From Promethearchaeia archaeon (GTDB taxonomy: Archaea > Asgardarchaeota > Lokiarchaeia > Sigyniarchaeales > SOKP01), in NCBI GenBank assembly GCA_029856235.1, contig JAHQWP010000221.1, forward strand, positions 3,507-67,506: DNA of 64,000 bases, written 5' to 3'. Below are positions 38,688-49,178 of the stretch, piece after piece (the first letter of the stretch is position 1; every line of letters begins with the position of its first letter). The notes under the pieces are model-generated. The model ran no database searches. It saw only the letters and a program-made list of their open reading frames with translations, and was not told where the DNA came from. The position numbers and the translations under genes are program-made.

Positions 38688-40403
38688 ATGGAAGAAAAAA
38701 AGAATGTTATAAATGGTGGCGATGTTCTTATCAAATCTTTCCTCCAAGAAGATATTAAATATTTGTTTGGGATAATCGGTGGTCAGTTTTTAGCCATGTT
38801 TGATGCTGTATACAAGTGGGGGCGAGAAAAGGGAATTGATACAGTAATGTTTCGACACGAACAAGCAGCAGCACACGCAGCAGATGCATGGGCAAGGGTA
38901 ACTAATAAACCAGGTGTTTGTTTTGGAACAGTTGGTCCTGGTGCTACTCAACTTGTTCCAGGAGTAGGTGCTGCGTGGAGCGATAATATTCCAATGATCG
39001 TTTTAGTACCCCAAGTGAATAGCAAATTTGCTGATTCATTCACTTTACAGGGAAATCTTGACCAATTAACAATGTTCAAACCAATTACAAAATACCAAAA
39101 ATCTATTCGAACGATAGAAGAGATTCCTAGTGCAGTTCAAAAAGTTTTCCGGGAGGCAACCAGTGGGCGACCAAGACCAGTGTTATTGGAAATTTACGAG
39201 GATGCGTTTCTCAATGAGAAAGAAGAAAGTGAAATTCCTATAATGTCTCCCGATCAATATCGATGCTTAGAAAAGCCAGCAGTGAGTAACGATTTGATTA
39301 AGAAAGCTCTGGATATATTGCTAAAAGCTGAAAAACCCCTTATTGTATCTGGAGGAGGAGTATCAAGGGCAGAAGGTTGGAACGAACTTCAAGAATTTGC
39401 GGAATACTTAAAGATTCCTGTTATGACTACTCTTATGGGTGTTGGAACTATCTCAAGTAAATCAGAAAGTTTTCTTGGTACAACAATAAACGGCCCGGGG
39501 CTAAAGGCAGGTCCAGAGGCAGATGTAGTTCTCGCTCTAGGATGTAAGTTTACTTATATTATGGCTCACGGGGAAGAACCATTCTGGAGTAATTCTCAAA
39601 AGATGATACAAGTCGATATTGATCCCTCCATAATCGGACGCGCTAAGCCTATTACACTTGGAATAGTTAGCGACTGCAAACAATTCCTAATGCAAATCTT
39701 AGAAGAAGCAAAAAAAGGTCAAAAAATTGAGCAGAGCGAATGGTTAAACGAGTTAGCTAAATCTAGACAAAATTATATTGAAACCATCATGAAAAAAGCG
39801 ACAAGAGATAAGATTCCTATATTACCCCAAAGATTAGTCAAGGAAGTTTTAGAATTCATGGACGAAGACGCGATTTTTATTAATGACGGCGGAGATATTG
39901 CTTGTTTCTCTATAGAACAAATAAACTTCTATAAACCAAGACCTCCCCTCTCTTTCTTGCAAGCTGTCGGTATGGGTCATTTAGGAACATCGGTAGCGTA
40001 TGGAATAGGTGCGAAGTTAGCAAAACCGGACAAACAAGTAATATCAATATCTGGTGATGGAAGTTTTATGATGAATATTCAAGATCTTGAGACTGCTGTT
40101 AGATTAGGTTTAAGTAATTTAATCTTCGTGATAGCAAATAATAGTGCTTGGGGAATGCTTAAGTCAGGTCAAAAAATGTATGTAAGTAAGCATTATATTG
40201 ATGTAGATCTACCCGCTTTCGACTTTGCTAAGTGTGCTGAAGGATTTGGGTGTTACGGAGAGGTTGTGACGGATCCAAACGAAATTAGATCGGCTCTAGA
40301 ACGAGCTAAAAACGCCGGGAAACCAGCAGTAATAGATGTTAAAACAATCTGGGCTCAAATCCCTGATGCGACAAAACTTATGGGAAGCATGGGTATCCTC
40401 TAA
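38688..40403 (+). CDS. TPP-dependent enzyme, acetolactate synthase-like
   Basis: RHEQAAAHAADAWAR, GPG, GRPRPV, SGDGSF...NNSAWG. Confidence 0.87.
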   Translation: MEEKKNVINGGDVLIKSFLQEDIKYLFGIIGGQFLAMFDAVYKWGREKGIDTVMFRHEQAAAHAADAWARVTNKPGVCFGTVGPGATQLVPGVGAAWSDNIPMIVLVPQVNSKFADSFTLQGNLDQLTMFKPITKYQKSIRTIEEIPSAVQKVFREATSGRPRPVLLEIYEDAFLNEKEESEIPIMSPDQYRCLEKPAVSNDLIKKALDILLKAEKPLIVSGGGVSRAEGWNELQEFAEYLKIPVMTTLMGVGTISSKSESFLGTTINGPGLKAGPEADVVLALGCKFTYIMAHGEEPFWSNSQKMIQVDIDPSIIGRAKPITLGIVSDCKQFLMQILEEAKKGQKIEQSEWLNELAKSRQNYIETIMKKATRDKIPILPQRLVKEVLEFMDEDAIFINDGGDIACFSIEQINFYKPRPPLSFLQAVGMGHLGTSVAYGIGAKLAKPDKQVISISGDGSFMMNIQDLETAVRLGLSNLIFVIANNSAWGMLKSGQKMYVSKHYIDVDLPAFDFAKCAEGFGCYGEVVTDPNEIRSALERAKNAGKPAVIDVKTIWAQIPDATKLMGSMGIL

Positions 40404-40417
40404 TTAGGTGATCTAAC

Positions 40418-41434
40418 GTGAAATCTATAGTATTTGAGGGTAAAGAACAAATAACAATTAAAGATTGTGTTAAACCTGAAATTAAATCTGATGAGGTATT
40501 AATTCAGGTTAAAAAAGTTGCAATATGTGGATCAGATGTTGGATCTTATGAAACTGGAGGACCTTACTTTCCTGATAAAATAATTGGTCATGAATTTTCA
40601 GGAGAATTAGTTGAGATCGGTAAAAATGTCAAAAAGTTAAAAGAAGGAATGAAAGTTACTGTAAATCCTCAAATACCCTGCCATGAATGTTATTACTGCC
40701 TTCACGATCAAGAGAACATGTGCAAACTCCAGAATTTTGCATATGGTACCACAGAAGATGGGGCTATGAGAGATTACATTAATGTGAAGGCTGAAAGAGT
40801 TCACATTTTACCTGATAATGTAACTTATGAGGAAGGAGCTACAGTTGAACCTTTGTCAATAGCTGTTTATGCTGTACAACAATCCGGATTTCAAATAGGT
40901 CAAAATGCAGCAGTCATAGGCGCTGGACCTATAGGATTAATGATAATTCAAGTATTAAGAAATGCAGGCGCAAACAAAATTTACGTACTTGAGCCCGTAG
41001 AATCAAAACAAAAAATTGCGGTGGAATTAGGGGCTGATAACGCATTCTTGCCAAAAGCGTGGAATAAGATTGTAAGACTTACAGATAACTTAGGCCCAGA
41101 TCATGTTTATGAATGCGTAGGTTTATCAACTACTTTTACTACAGCATTACAAGTAATAAAAAAAGGTGGAAATATAACTTTAATCGGTATACATGCGAGT
41201 ACATTAGAAATCAATAATATATTATTAATGACAACTAACAACATCTCAGTACGGGGAGTTTATGGATATAACCACGATATATTCAAAACTGCTATCAATC
41301 TTTATGCACAGAAAAAGATTAGGGTTGATCCGTTGATAACTAATCGAATAAGATTGGAACAAGTTCCTGAAATGTTTAAAGTGTTAGGAAACCCTCCTCA
41401 TGAGGAATTAAAAGTGATCGTTGATTTCGAGTAA
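40418..41434 (+). CDS. Zn-dependent medium-chain dehydrogenase (sorbitol/threonine DH-like)
   Basis: ICGSD, GHEFSG, CHECYYC...C, GAGPIG. Confidence 0.9.
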   Translation: MKSIVFEGKEQITIKDCVKPEIKSDEVLIQVKKVAICGSDVGSYETGGPYFPDKIIGHEFSGELVEIGKNVKKLKEGMKVTVNPQIPCHECYYCLHDQENMCKLQNFAYGTTEDGAMRDYINVKAERVHILPDNVTYEEGATVEPLSIAVYAVQQSGFQIGQNAAVIGAGPIGLMIIQVLRNAGANKIYVLEPVESKQKIAVELGADNAFLPKAWNKIVRLTDNLGPDHVYECVGLSTTFTTALQVIKKGGNITLIGIHASTLEINNILLMTTNNISVRGVYGYNHDIFKTAINLYAQKKIRVDPLITNRIRLEQVPEMFKVLGNPPHEELKVIVDFE

Positions 41435-41443
41435 GTTTTAACT

Positions 41444-41470
41444 ATAGTTTTTTTTCTATTTTCTTTATTA
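41444..41470 (+). terminator. Oligo-T tract after the TPP enzyme-dehydrogenase operon
   Basis: T-runs following the stop codon. Confidence 0.45.
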
Positions 41471-41619
41471 TTAGACTTTTTACTGTCTAAACTGAACAAC
41501 TTCTAATAGCTTATCTTTTTAAAGATTAATTTAACGAAATTGGTAAAAATTTATAAATTCATGAAACAATAAATTAGATATTCACCAATTTTGTGAATAA
41601 AAATTAAGAGGTAAATCTA

Positions 41620-43356
41620 ATGGAAATGAAAACGAGTCCATATGATTCAAAAATATGGACGAAATCTTATGATAAGCATGTTAAACCCAATTTAGAATAT
41701 CCCAAAGAAAGTCTTGGTGATTTATTTGATAAAGCTATGGCTAAATATCCAGAACGCGTTGCTTGCTATTTCATGGAAACTGCAATGCCTTTTGGAGAGC
41801 TTAGAGATTATGTACATCGATTTGCTACCTTCTTACAAAAAAATGGCTTAGAAAAAGGAGACCGAGTGGCAATAAATTTAGCTAATTGTCCTCAATATTT
41901 AGTAGCTCATCTTGGTACTTTGTTAGCAGGGGGCGTAGCTTCTGGTTGTTCACCATTAATGAGCCCTACTGAAATAGCTTATCAAATAAACGACAGCGAG
42001 GCAAAGTTCTTTGTTACTTTAGATGCTTTTTACGAAAAGGTTCTAACTCAAGTTCTGGATAAAGTACCAAAGTTAGAATGTGTAATTACAACGAATATCT
42101 CGGATTATATGGGATTATCAAAAATAAAGGTAACTTTAGGAAAATTGATAGGGAAAATACCAAAAGGAAAAGTAGTGCCTTTTGCCGGTAAATTAGTTCT
42201 TGACTTTAACGAAGTGATAGAAACGGAAATTGATTTAAAACAAGTAAATATAGATATTAAAAACGATCTTGCTCTACTTCAATATACTGGTGGAACTACA
42301 GGATTACCAAAGGGAACAGAGCTTACTCACGCTAACATTATTTCTAATACGGTTCAAATCTCCACATGGATAGATAGAGCAGCAGAAGAACAAGAAGAAG
42401 CTAATAACTTGTCCGCATTCCCACTATTTCATCTAGCAGGATTAGCGATGAGTATGGTAACCTTATATCTCTCCGCTAGTCAAGTTTTGATTGCAAACCC
42501 GAGAGATACCGATCATTTAATACAAGAAATGATAGACAAGAAACCCCAAATAATGGTTAACGTACCAACATTGTATCTAGCGATTAAAAACAATGAAAAA
42601 GCACAAAAAATTGCTAAAGAAATACTAGATGATATTGAAATTTATATTTCTGGAGCTGCTCCATTTCCAGCTGAAGCCATTAATGATTTTGAAGATAGTA
42701 TGCAAGCTAAAGAAAAAGTATTGGAAGTGTACGGCATGACTGAAACAAGCCCGATCTTGTCAATGAACCCATACTACGGAACTAAAAAGATTGGTACCGT
42801 AGGTCTACCTGTCCCCGATACTGACATTAGACTTGTCGATATTGAAACAGGAGAACAAGTTGAGCTTGGAAAACCCGGAGAAATTATATGTCGAGGTCCG
42901 CAAGTTACACGGGGTTATTACAATAAGCCCGATGCAAACGCTAAAACCATCATCGATGGATGGTTTCATACTGGCGATGTAGGTGTAATGGACGAAGATG
43001 GTTATATTACAATTGTAGACCGAACTAAAGACATGTTAATTGTGAGCGGGTTTAAGGTATACAGTGTTCATGTTGAAGATATATTAACAAAACATCCAGA
43101 TATAGAAATGGTAGCAATCATCGGGTTGAAAGATACTGATCGCCCTGGAAGTGAAATTGTGAAAGCTATTGTCCAATTGAAAGAAGGAATTGAACCAAAA
43201 GATTCAGTAAAAGAAAAATTAAAAAATTATGCTACCGAACATCTTTCAAAATACGAAAATCCAAAATCGTGGGAATTTAGAGAATCCTTACCTTTAACTG
43301 TAGTTGGAAAAGTTCTAAAAAGATCCCTTCGAGAAGAAGCAATAAAAAATAATTAA
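41620..43356 (+). CDS. Long-chain acyl-CoA ligase (AMP-forming)
   Basis: QYTGGTTGLPKG, YGMTE, GWFHTGD, DRTKD, GKVLKR. Confidence 0.92.
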   Translation: MEMKTSPYDSKIWTKSYDKHVKPNLEYPKESLGDLFDKAMAKYPERVACYFMETAMPFGELRDYVHRFATFLQKNGLEKGDRVAINLANCPQYLVAHLGTLLAGGVASGCSPLMSPTEIAYQINDSEAKFFVTLDAFYEKVLTQVLDKVPKLECVITTNISDYMGLSKIKVTLGKLIGKIPKGKVVPFAGKLVLDFNEVIETEIDLKQVNIDIKNDLALLQYTGGTTGLPKGTELTHANIISNTVQISTWIDRAAEEQEEANNLSAFPLFHLAGLAMSMVTLYLSASQVLIANPRDTDHLIQEMIDKKPQIMVNVPTLYLAIKNNEKAQKIAKEILDDIEIYISGAAPFPAEAINDFEDSMQAKEKVLEVYGMTETSPILSMNPYYGTKKIGTVGLPVPDTDIRLVDIETGEQVELGKPGEIICRGPQVTRGYYNKPDANAKTIIDGWFHTGDVGVMDEDGYITIVDRTKDMLIVSGFKVYSVHVEDILTKHPDIEMVAIIGLKDTDRPGSEIVKAIVQLKEGIEPKDSVKEKLKNYATEHLSKYENPKSWEFRESLPLTVVGKVLKRSLREEAIKNN

Positions 43357-43396
43357 TTTTTTTTTATTTTGGTAGCAAGTTTTTTTTATTATTTTC
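43357..43396 (+). terminator. Oligo-T tract after the acyl-CoA ligase
   Basis: Long T-runs after TAA. Confidence 0.5.
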
Positions 43397-43582
43397 GATG
43401 TTAGAGTGCTTGTGTTAAGTAATTATAGTTGTCTAAATAATAGAATCTATTTGTAATGGTATAATAAAGATTTAAAGGAAGAAAAAGCCAGATTTTTTTA
43501 TATGTATAAATTTAAAAAGGTGCAAAAGATTTATAAACCCAACTCTCACAACTATACTTAAATAATATTTTGAGGAAATAAT

Positions 43583-43789
43583 ATGAATTTAAAAGAAAAA
43601 TTTGATCTTGAGGAACTTCTTAGCATCCTTCTTGGGATGTTCTTAGCCGGATTAATTATAATGTGGTTCTTTTATACTACATTCCCAGATCATGATGCGA
43701 ATTTGACCTACTTGATTCTAGCGATTATTTTTACCGTGTTAGCTCCATTGGATGTCGTACTAATATGGTTCCTAAAAAAGAAAAAGTGA
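43583..43789 (+). CDS. Small 2-TM membrane protein
   Basis: GAGG RBS and TATA upstream; two hydrophobic helices and a KKKK tail. Confidence 0.65.
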   Translation: MNLKEKFDLEELLSILLGMFLAGLIIMWFFYTTFPDHDANLTYLILAIIFTVLAPLDVVLIWFLKKKK

Positions 43790-43914
43790 AACTATCTGAT
43801 TTTTAATCATTAAAAGTAATTTTTTTTTACTTTTTTTTTAAATTTTTTCATAAAATTATTTTAAGTGCTACATCAATATTAATCATAATTAAATTTTATT
43901 TCTAAATCAAAGAA

Positions 43915-45204
43915 GTGATTAAATTGGTTAATAAAAAAGGAAAAGTTCAATGTATTAATGATGAAATCCTCGATAAACTCTCTTTAAAAACCCGAAATAA
44001 GTTTTTGAATTACAATCTGATGAGTTTTTTAAAGCCGAAACATTTTGATTTCCTTAAACAAGCTCAGAAATTTTTTGTGAAATTTGAAAGGGAAAAAAAT
44101 ATAACCCATAACGAAGATTTCTACGAGTGGATACCAGAAATTGGCAGAAATGGATTTATTACTCGAATGCACAAATTTGATAATTTAGGATTAGATTTTG
44201 AACCCTATGGGCTGACTACGGAATTTATGAGAGTCTTGGCTATGGATTTCTTTGATCCTCAATTAGCTATGGGTGCTGGAGCTACGGTTTTAGCCGTGAA
44301 TCCTTTATTACTTCATCATGAAAATGTTGAGGTTCGGTTAAAAGCTTTAAAGGAATTAGTAACGGGAGAGAAAATTGGATGTATTTGCATAACAGAGCCA
44401 GAGAGGGGATCCGATGCAGTTCATATGCTAACTACCTGTAATGAACAAGGAGATGGCAGTTATATTTTAAATGGGGAGAAAATATATCAAACTAATGGAA
44501 GTAAAGCAGATTGGGCGGTAGTTTATGCAGTTACAGAAAAGAATAACGGTAATACCATGGCTCAGTTTCTAATTGATACATCTTGGGATGGTTGGACTGC
44601 TGAACGTGTTAACATTCCCTGGACTCCAAGGATTCATATAGGAAAGGAAACTATGGCAAATATGAAGGTTCCTTCCGAATATCTACTAGGAAAACCGGGC
44701 GAAGGGAGATCCCACTTGTTCGAAGGGCTTAATTTAGAAAGATTAGGGATCGTATGTTTAAATTTAGCAGAAGCTTGGAATGCGATCACTCATGCTGTAA
44801 TATATTCAAACATGAGAAAGCAATTTGATAAGGAAATCTTGAAATATCAAGGGGTAGGATTTCCTCTGTCTGATTTGTGGGCTCAAACAGTGAGTTTGAC
44901 CTTAGCAAATTTAAATATTTGCCAAACGATTGACGATAAAATGGAAAAATTAGGAACGCTGCCTAAAGAATTTAATTTAGCATTGGTAGCTATTGCATCT
45001 CAGCTTAAATTTATTAGCACAAAGCTCTGCGAACGAGTAGTTTACGAATGTGCTAACCTAATGGGCGGAGCGGGGGTCTGTGATAATACTATTATGCATG
45101 ATCTTTTAGGAATTACTAGAATTCAGGAAATTGGTGGTGGAACAAGGCAAATACAACAATATATTATGAGTTTAACATTAAGACAATTGTTCAAATTACT
45201 ATAA
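43915..45204 (+). CDS. Acyl-CoA dehydrogenase
   Basis: ITEPERGSD, LNGEK..TNG, RKQF, MGGAG, EIGGGT. Confidence 0.88.
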   Translation: MIKLVNKKGKVQCINDEILDKLSLKTRNKFLNYNLMSFLKPKHFDFLKQAQKFFVKFEREKNITHNEDFYEWIPEIGRNGFITRMHKFDNLGLDFEPYGLTTEFMRVLAMDFFDPQLAMGAGATVLAVNPLLLHHENVEVRLKALKELVTGEKIGCICITEPERGSDAVHMLTTCNEQGDGSYILNGEKIYQTNGSKADWAVVYAVTEKNNGNTMAQFLIDTSWDGWTAERVNIPWTPRIHIGKETMANMKVPSEYLLGKPGEGRSHLFEGLNLERLGIVCLNLAEAWNAITHAVIYSNMRKQFDKEILKYQGVGFPLSDLWAQTVSLTLANLNICQTIDDKMEKLGTLPKEFNLALVAIASQLKFISTKLCERVVYECANLMGGAGVCDNTIMHDLLGITRIQEIGGGTRQIQQYIMSLTLRQLFKLL

Positions 45205-45311
45205 TTTTTTAATACCCTTTTTTTCTTCTTTGTAGATAGATTTCTAAATATAAACAGATTACTGAAAAAAGAAGAGATTTATTATCAAATAATAGATTTT
45301 GTGGAAATATA

Positions 45312-46838
45312 ATGGACACGAATACAAAAATAAAATTAATTAGTATTGTTATTTTAGGAAGTATATTCATTTTATCTGTAGTAGCTTTTACTAATATTAA
45401 TTATAATGCACCAAGTAATTTGGAACAGGAATATGAGACTATACTATATATCGAAGATTTAAAGATTTCAAAAATATCGGAAAGAATTTTTATAAACGGT
45501 ACTTCAGATTGGGTTGATCTCAAAAACGAGGGAAATTGTACGGGACAAGGAACTTATTCCGATCCGTATGTCATTAAAGATTTGGTAATAAATGGTTTTT
45601 ATATAGGAACTTGTATCTGGATTGAGAACTCTGATGTGTACTTTAAAATTGAAAATTGTACTGTTTATAATGCCGAAAATTACGGAATCTACTTAAATAA
45701 TGTTTCTAATGGGCATTTGGTTAATAACACCTTTTCATCTAACATTGCTGAAGGAATTAGTTTGTATAGGAGTCATAATAATACTATTTTAGAGACAAAT
45801 ATAAATAACAATTACGAAGGGATACGATTATACGATAGTAATAACAATAATATTTCAGGAAACCACCTAACGAATAATTATGCAGTTGGGATAGGAAATT
45901 CTAATTCAAATAATACCATAGTTATCGGAAATACCGTAGATTATAATAGCATTGGGATAGATTTATGGAAGAGTAATAATACTCTCGTTTCGGGAAACAT
46001 AATGAATGAATGTGGATTAAGAATATTCGGAAATATTGAATTACTTTCTTCAAATAATATAGATACTACAAATATTGTGAATGGAAAACAGCTATATTAT
46101 TACACCAATGAAATTGGTTTAAAATCAAACAACTTCACGAATGGGGGGCAAGTTATTTTGGTCAATTGTAACGATTCTTCGATATCAGACTTAGATGTTT
46201 CTCTAAGTACTCGTGGAATTTCATTATATTATTGTAATAAGAACAATATTTCGGGAAATATCGCCAATAACAACATTTATGGGATAAGTTTGGAGTACTG
46301 TAATAACATCACCATTTCAGGGAATATAGCAAACGACAATTTCTGGAATGGAATAGATTTAGTGGGGAGCAATAACAACGCTATTACGGGAAACAGAGTA
46401 GATCGCAATAGCGTTGGAATAGGTTTATGGACGAGTAATAATACTCTTGTTACAGGAAATATCGGGAGTAATAATCTTTACTATGGAATATGGTTAGATA
46501 TGAGTAATAACAACACGATTACAGGAAACACTGCTAGTAGCAACACTATTGGAATACTTTTAGAGAGAAGTAATAACAACGAAATTACAGGAAATACCTT
46601 AATTGGGAATAACGAATGTTTCAGTGAATTCGATAGTGAAGGAAATAATTTTGATAATAACAATTGTGGTGAAACCTCAGTAATTAATGGATATGACTTA
46701 GTTTATTTGCTTGGTACGACTTGCTTTGTATCAATAGCATTTCTTAAAAGAATAAAAAAACCTAAAAATAGAAAAAATTTATTATTTCGAGATTTAACTT
46801 CTAGTTTCATTACGGAAAAAGATTACAATTATTTTTGA
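45312..46838 (+). CDS. Surface beta-helix (NosD/CASH repeat) protein with a Loki-CTERM-like anchor
   Basis: N-terminal TM/signal; G.GT.SDPYVI; repeated GIxLxxSNNNxIxGN; INGY + TM + KRIKK. Confidence 0.82.
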   Translation: MDTNTKIKLISIVILGSIFILSVVAFTNINYNAPSNLEQEYETILYIEDLKISKISERIFINGTSDWVDLKNEGNCTGQGTYSDPYVIKDLVINGFYIGTCIWIENSDVYFKIENCTVYNAENYGIYLNNVSNGHLVNNTFSSNIAEGISLYRSHNNTILETNINNNYEGIRLYDSNNNNISGNHLTNNYAVGIGNSNSNNTIVIGNTVDYNSIGIDLWKSNNTLVSGNIMNECGLRIFGNIELLSSNNIDTTNIVNGKQLYYYTNEIGLKSNNFTNGGQVILVNCNDSSISDLDVSLSTRGISLYYCNKNNISGNIANNNIYGISLEYCNNITISGNIANDNFWNGIDLVGSNNNAITGNRVDRNSVGIGLWTSNNTLVTGNIGSNNLYYGIWLDMSNNNTITGNTASSNTIGILLERSNNNEITGNTLIGNNECFSEFDSEGNNFDNNNCGETSVINGYDLVYLLGTTCFVSIAFLKRIKKPKNRKNLLFRDLTSSFITEKDYNYF

Positions 46839-47021
46839 GACTTTTAACTAAAATAAATTTAAAGTTGGATTTTCATACTTTTTCCCACTTGAAATTTACA
46901 GAATTATAGCATCGTTTTATGCCATTTCACTAAGTAACAAGTTTTATAAATTCTTCTATCATATTATTATCTGTCTTTTTCTTCTAAGAAATTAGACAAA
47001 CAAAATTTAAAATAAAAAACG

Positions 47022-48965
47022 GTGTTTAAAATAAATTTAAAAGATTTTAGAAAAAATAAAGCAGCTGTAGTATTTTGTATCTTGGTTGTTGTTATTTTAT
47101 TTTCCGCTATTATGTCCAGCGCGTTTCAAAATAATTTTGGAACCGTCGATGTAAGAATTATCCAATTTAGCGATCAGGATGGTGAAAGACTTGTTGGAAA
47201 ACTTTATCGACCGATTGGGGCTACTGCGGATGATCCTGCTCCTGGAATTCTCGGGTTACATGGATATAACAACGACAAAGATGTCCAACGTCCTGCGGCA
47301 ATTGAATTGGCTAAAGCGGGATTTGTAGTGTTAACCCTCGACGAATTAGGACACGGAGATTCTTCAGGGGGGTATACCCTCGATGCACCTCCTTACAGTT
47401 ATTTCCTCGCGTACGAATATCTTCTGGATTTACGATTCGTTGATGAGAACAATACGGGTATTTACGGACATTCACTGGGCGAACTTCGAGCTCGACAAAT
47501 AGCCTCAGCCTATCCTCAACATAGAGCTCTTGGTCTTCAAGCGTTCACTCCAAATTTCATTGGTTTTTACTATGGAGATTACGGGGACCCTAAGTTTCAT
47601 AACATACTTCATCTTTGGAACTCATGGGAAGAATGGGGTGGGGATGGGAAAACGGTTGCCGAGAACCTTGCCGATAATTTAGCGGCATTGGATGTAGCAT
47701 ATCACTTGCCTCCTGGAACCATGGCTGTAGACACTAATGTGAATCTCTGGGGTGGACCTGCTGATTTCGTCAACGGTTCAGCGAGGCGAGAATCTTATGA
47801 TTTCGCTACTCATCCTCAAATAACCATGAGCCCTAAACACACAGCAGAAATTGTTGCTTGGATGCTTCAAGCACTTCAAGGAATGAGTTATGCAGATGCT
47901 TGGGCTATTGCAGCTAATCAAACATGGTTAGGATCTGAACTTTTTGGGATGCTCGCTTGTTTCGCAACCCTTTTGTCAATCCTTCCTCTTGCATACTTGC
48001 TAATGAACACAAGATATTTCAGCGAAGTCCGACAACCAATGCCAGAGAAAATTAACACAACTAAAAAGTCAACTTGGTGGATTACTGCAACTATTAATAC
48101 CACCATAGCTGGAATTACGTACTGGTTTTTCATACCAGGATATGGTCTCTCAGATAATTGGTTATTTGACGTAAAAATTGGGGACTATACCGTTTTCAAT
48201 CATGGTATCGCTAATGGATTTGCGCACTGGTTCTTGTTGAACGCAACAATCGGCATTATCTTGTGGAGTGTCTGGTATCTCATGACTAAATGGAGAAAAG
48301 GCAGAGATAGTATTTCGCTTCACGATGTGGGGCTAACCTTCAGTACTAAAGAAGAATTAGCTGGAAAATCCTTAGTAAAGAAAGCCACGACAGCGTTTAA
48401 TCCAAGGATAATATCCAAAACAATTATAATAGCGGTAATTCTATTTTGGTGGATGTACGGTGTAGTCTTACTTGCACAAACGTTTTTACAGGTTGAATTT
48501 CGTGGATTCTGGACGATGATGAAGACTTTTAGCGGTTTACAAAGAGCTGTAGATTTCTGGCCATATTTCGGAATAGTCTTCTTTTTTGGTCTAATCAATG
48601 CTGGAATCTATATGTTTGGACAACTTAGGATGAAAGAATACAGAAATACTTATGTAACTCACGCAGTCTGGTGGTTCAAAATCTGTTATTTGATGCTTGG
48701 AGGATTAATTGTTGTTATGTTAGTGCAATATGCTCCACAGTGGTTTGGTGGACCCCTAACATCGACAAATATACCTGGATGGGAACTTGCTGATACTAAT
48801 CGTATGATGATCATTCAACTAATGGGCGCTATTCCTGTCTTTTCTCTAATATTGTTCCTAAGCATAAATCTCTATCGTCAAACGGGGAGAGTTTATCTAA
48901 GTTCAATCATGTTCGCAGCAATCGTAGTATGGTTCGAGATGACTGCCTTAGTTGCTTATCTTTAG
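47022..48965 (+). CDS. Alpha/beta-hydrolase with N-terminal anchor and multi-TM C-terminal domain
   Basis: HGY, GHGDS, GHSLG nucleophile elbow, THP; about 8 C-terminal TM helices. Confidence 0.78.
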   Translation: MFKINLKDFRKNKAAVVFCILVVVILFSAIMSSAFQNNFGTVDVRIIQFSDQDGERLVGKLYRPIGATADDPAPGILGLHGYNNDKDVQRPAAIELAKAGFVVLTLDELGHGDSSGGYTLDAPPYSYFLAYEYLLDLRFVDENNTGIYGHSLGELRARQIASAYPQHRALGLQAFTPNFIGFYYGDYGDPKFHNILHLWNSWEEWGGDGKTVAENLADNLAALDVAYHLPPGTMAVDTNVNLWGGPADFVNGSARRESYDFATHPQITMSPKHTAEIVAWMLQALQGMSYADAWAIAANQTWLGSELFGMLACFATLLSILPLAYLLMNTRYFSEVRQPMPEKINTTKKSTWWITATINTTIAGITYWFFIPGYGLSDNWLFDVKIGDYTVFNHGIANGFAHWFLLNATIGIILWSVWYLMTKWRKGRDSISLHDVGLTFSTKEELAGKSLVKKATTAFNPRIISKTIIIAVILFWWMYGVVLLAQTFLQVEFRGFWTMMKTFSGLQRAVDFWPYFGIVFFFGLINAGIYMFGQLRMKEYRNTYVTHAVWWFKICYLMLGGLIVVMLVQYAPQWFGGPLTSTNIPGWELADTNRMMIIQLMGAIPVFSLILFLSINLYRQTGRVYLSSIMFAAIVVWFEMTALVAYL

Positions 48966-49178
48966 ACATTGGTCGAAAATAAAATATTAATTATTTATTT
49001 TTTTTTTAAATTCTTTACTTTAAAAAAGTATTAATTACCCATTTTACTCCATTAAGATGTTGGGCTTTATTTATTAAACATTAGCAGAATTTCTAAATCA
49101 AAATTTACGTTGAAAAAAATTATAAAGGAGTAAATCCAACTCTATATATATTCAATTTAAGGTATTTGAGTGTAAAGT

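Noticed and set aside
45690-46670. AAT/AAC-rich periodic sequence resembling a repeat array
   Set aside because: Explained by Asn-rich beta-helix coding repeats; there is no constant repeat-spacer structure, so it is not CRISPR.
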